32,000 bases of DNA. Source: Opitutales bacterium. Its GTDB lineage: Bacteria; Verrucomicrobiota; Verrucomicrobiia; Opitutales; Coraliomargaritaceae. The stretch lies in assembly GCA_049606355.1 (NCBI GenBank), contig JBMYVL010000008.1:78357-110356 (forward strand), written 5' to 3'. This document shows, piece after piece, positions 29,863 to 32,000 of the stretch (the first letter of the stretch is position 1; each line of letters begins with the position of its first letter). A program made the translations under genes and the position numbers. Below the pieces are notes generated by a model, which saw only the letters and a list, made by a program, of their open reading frames with translations, searched no databases and was not told the origin of the DNA.

Positions 29863-30933
29863 ATGAGCGACGACAAAAAAGTAATTCTCACCTGTGCACA
29901 ACCGACCGGTGTGCTCACCATGGGCAACTATCTCGGTGCGGTGAAGAATTGGGCGTCAATGCTCGACAGCTATCAATGCTTCTTCGGGGTGGTTGATCAG
30001 CACGCGATCACAACTCAGTACGTGCCGGCTGAATTGCGCAAAAATACGCTTTCCTGTGTCGCGCAGTACATCGCCTGTGGGCTGGATCCGCAGCGGGCCA
30101 ATTTGTTCATTCAGTCGCATATAATCGGGCACACGGAGTTGGCCTGGTTGCTGAGTTGCCTCACGCCGATCGGCGAGTTGCAGCGCATGACGCAATTTAA
30201 GGAAAAAGCGGCAAAGCTTGGCTTCAAAACCAACGAAGGAGCAGATGCCAACGAGCTGACTTTTTCGCATAGCGGAGCCCGTGCGCAGGCGTCGATTAAT
30301 GCCGGGCTACTGATGTATCCCGTACTCATGGCAGCTGATATTTTGTTGTACAATGCGGATGCCGTGCCGGTTGGTAGTGACCAACGCCAGCATCTTGAAT
30401 TGTGCCGTGACCTTGCGCAGCGGTTTAACCATACTTACTCGGAGACGTTTACGGTGCCGGAGCCCTTCATTCCGGAGGCGGGGGCACGGATTATGTCACT
30501 CCAGGAGCCGACGCGTAAAATGTCGAAGAGCGATGCGAACCAAAATGCGACACTGTACATTTTAGATACGCCGAGCGTTTTAAAGAAGAAGCTCATGAGT
30601 GCCGTAACCGACTCAGGCACGGAGATCAAGGCGACTGAAGATAAACCCGGTGTTTCAAATCTGCTGCAAATTCATGCTGCACTGAGTGGGACCTCGCTTG
30701 CAGAACTAGAGAGTCGTTTTGTGGGGCAGGGCTACGGGGCGCTCAAGGCGGAAGTGGCAGATGTAGTGATTGCAGCCATGGAGCCAGTGCAGGCACGCTA
30801 TGCCGATTTGATTCAGGATAAGGCTTACTTAGAGTCGGTGCTGAAAGACGGCGCCGCGGCCGCGCAGCAGCGTGCCTACAAGATGTTGGCCAAAGTCTAC
30901 CGCAAAGCTGGCTTCGTTGAGCGACCTCGCTGA
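29863..30933 (+). CDS. trpS: Tryptophanyl-tRNA synthetase
   Basis: ATG 29863 (29827 is TTG). TCAQPTGVLTMGNYLGAVKNW, YPVLMAADILLY, VGSDQRQHLEL and KMSKSD are present. Confidence 0.92.
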   Translation: MSDDKKVILTCAQPTGVLTMGNYLGAVKNWASMLDSYQCFFGVVDQHAITTQYVPAELRKNTLSCVAQYIACGLDPQRANLFIQSHIIGHTELAWLLSCLTPIGELQRMTQFKEKAAKLGFKTNEGADANELTFSHSGARAQASINAGLLMYPVLMAADILLYNADAVPVGSDQRQHLELCRDLAQRFNHTYSETFTVPEPFIPEAGARIMSLQEPTRKMSKSDANQNATLYILDTPSVLKKKLMSAVTDSGTEIKATEDKPGVSNLLQIHAALSGTSLAELESRFVGQGYGALKAEVADVVIAAMEPVQARYADLIQDKAYLESVLKDGAAAAQQRAYKMLAKVYRKAGFVERPR

Positions 30934-30998
30934 CTGCTTTCGAAAAGAGGATTGCTCGTTACGCCGCGAAGGCTTTGTTTGGCAGTATCTTTTCTGTC

Positions 30999-32000
30999 AT
31001 GCACAGCGACCCCGAGCCCCAACTGACTTTAAGCAAGTGGCCTTTTTACTTAGGTGATCTGCTCTTGCTCAGCATCGCACTGACGATTGCGATTTTGGCC
31101 GATTGGCAGCTTACGGATCTACAAGTCGCTTACTGTGTGGTGGCAGTTGCTTTGGGATCCGGTCTCTTTTGTTTACCTTACATTGTTGAGTACCGCATGC
31201 GGTTTCTGGAAGTGGCAGATGATCGTGAGGCACAACTTCGTGTGTTGCATCGGCAGCTGCAGCAATTCGAAGCGGTATTGGCGGAGCAAGCGGCGGGGCT
31301 ATCTGAACTCAGCACACAAGCGAATGGGGGTTCGACGACCGAGCAGCTGTTGAGTGCTGCGCTGGACCAGCTGACCAAGCTGCAGCAGGTGCAGGCGACG
31401 ACTGCGGAAGATCTCGCAGCACTGCAGGCGCAGTTCGAGCAATCGAGCGAGCGTCTCAAGCAAGCTATCGGGGCTCAAGATACCTGGAATGCTTTGCCGC
31501 AGCAATTTTCTGAGATGCAGGCCGAACTCACGCAGCGGAGGGCTGCGCTCGAGGCGCTGGAAACACGCCTGCTAAAAATCGAGTCGACTACCGCGCGGGT
31601 CGGTCAACCACCCAAAAAAGGGCACGACTCTGGTAAACCGGCACAGGCGAAGTCCCGCCTCCTCAAGCGTGCGATCGAAGATAAGCAGGATAGTGGATCG
31701 GCTGCGGTGAGCCGTATCTTGCAAGCGAAGGCAGCCCCTGCTGAGCAGAAATTGGCCAGTGCCGAAGCGACGCCCTCTGGGCCCTCACAAGCGCAAGCGA
31801 AAACGGCAGCAGTTGAGGACGCCGAGCCGAGGAAGGGGAATGCTGCGTCCGTCGATGTCCCCGCAGCGCAGGTGGAGCCGACTGTAGCATCTGCCGCTGT
31901 ACCGGCAGCCCCACCCGAGGCCACGGAGCATCCTGCGCCTCAGGAGCTCAACCCTGCTGCGGATCTTCTATTTGATGCCTTACCCGAAGCGTCGTCGAGC
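30999..32000 (+). CDS. Partial CDS (3' end outside the window): 2-TM anchor + long coiled coil + Ala/Pro/Gln-rich tail, unknown function
   Basis: This ORF is not in the supplied track because it has no stop inside the window. The frame is open from 30921, with the first ATG at 30999. The translation reads MHSDPEPQLTLSKWPFYLGDLLLLSIALTIAILADW...VAYCVVAVALGSGLFCLPYIVEYRMRF, then heptad-like LQQFEAVLAEQ...LQAQFEQSSERLKQ, then low complexity to position 32000. Confidence 0.7.
   Translation, partial: MHSDPEPQLTLSKWPFYLGDLLLLSIALTIAILADWQLTDLQVAYCVVAVALGSGLFCLPYIVEYRMRFLEVADDREAQLRVLHRQLQQFEAVLAEQAAGLSELSTQANGGSTTEQLLSAALDQLTKLQQVQATTAEDLAALQAQFEQSSERLKQAIGAQDTWNALPQQFSEMQAELTQRRAALEALETRLLKIESTTARVGQPPKKGHDSGKPAQAKSRLLKRAIEDKQDSGSAAVSRILQAKAAPAEQKLASAEATPSGPSQAQAKTAAVEDAEPRKGNAASVDVPAAQVEPTVASAAVPAAPPEATEHPAPQELNPAADLLFDALPEASSS

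Overview
This 32-kb window looks like a densely packed core region of a bacterial chromosome (Gram-negative type; taxon not determinable here; GC not computed). I see no CRISPR array, IS element, phage block or recognisable defence system.

Gene content, left to right:
- hisG, then the agmatine-to-putrescine pair aguB-aguA.
- Minus strand: leuA and a dapF-like gene.
- A stand-alone coaC and a secreted LolA-like protein.
- A polytopic membrane protein and tRNA-Ser(GCU).
- parA/soj and xerC.
- Minus strand: ychF and a lipoprotein-resB-ccsA System II cytochrome c maturation cluster.
- A cytoplasmic receiver-histidine kinase, a glcD-like FAD oxidase, cutA, and prfB.
- An unknown permuted ATP-grasp-like gene and glgP.
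- A small basic ORF and tRNA-Cys(GCA).
- Two tandem small hydrophobic paralogs.
- gltX-glnS-galK-trpS, then a membrane/coiled-coil ORF that runs off the window end and is absent from the ORF track.

prfB needs the classical +1 programmed frameshift, which the ORF track cannot show.

Most worth a second look:
1. The DapF homolog has Ser at both catalytic Cys positions.
2. A self-contained two-gene cassette of about 75-aa Gly-rich membrane proteins sits behind a roughly 370-nt structured non-coding leader next to tRNA-Cys.
3. The ATP-grasp-like gene overlaps the prfB stop.
4. Several enzymes carry active-site motif deviations: GlnRS QIGH, GalK GNHTDY, and a receiver domain lacking the acidic pair.

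All homology calls are from reading the translations and recalling family motifs. No database search was run.
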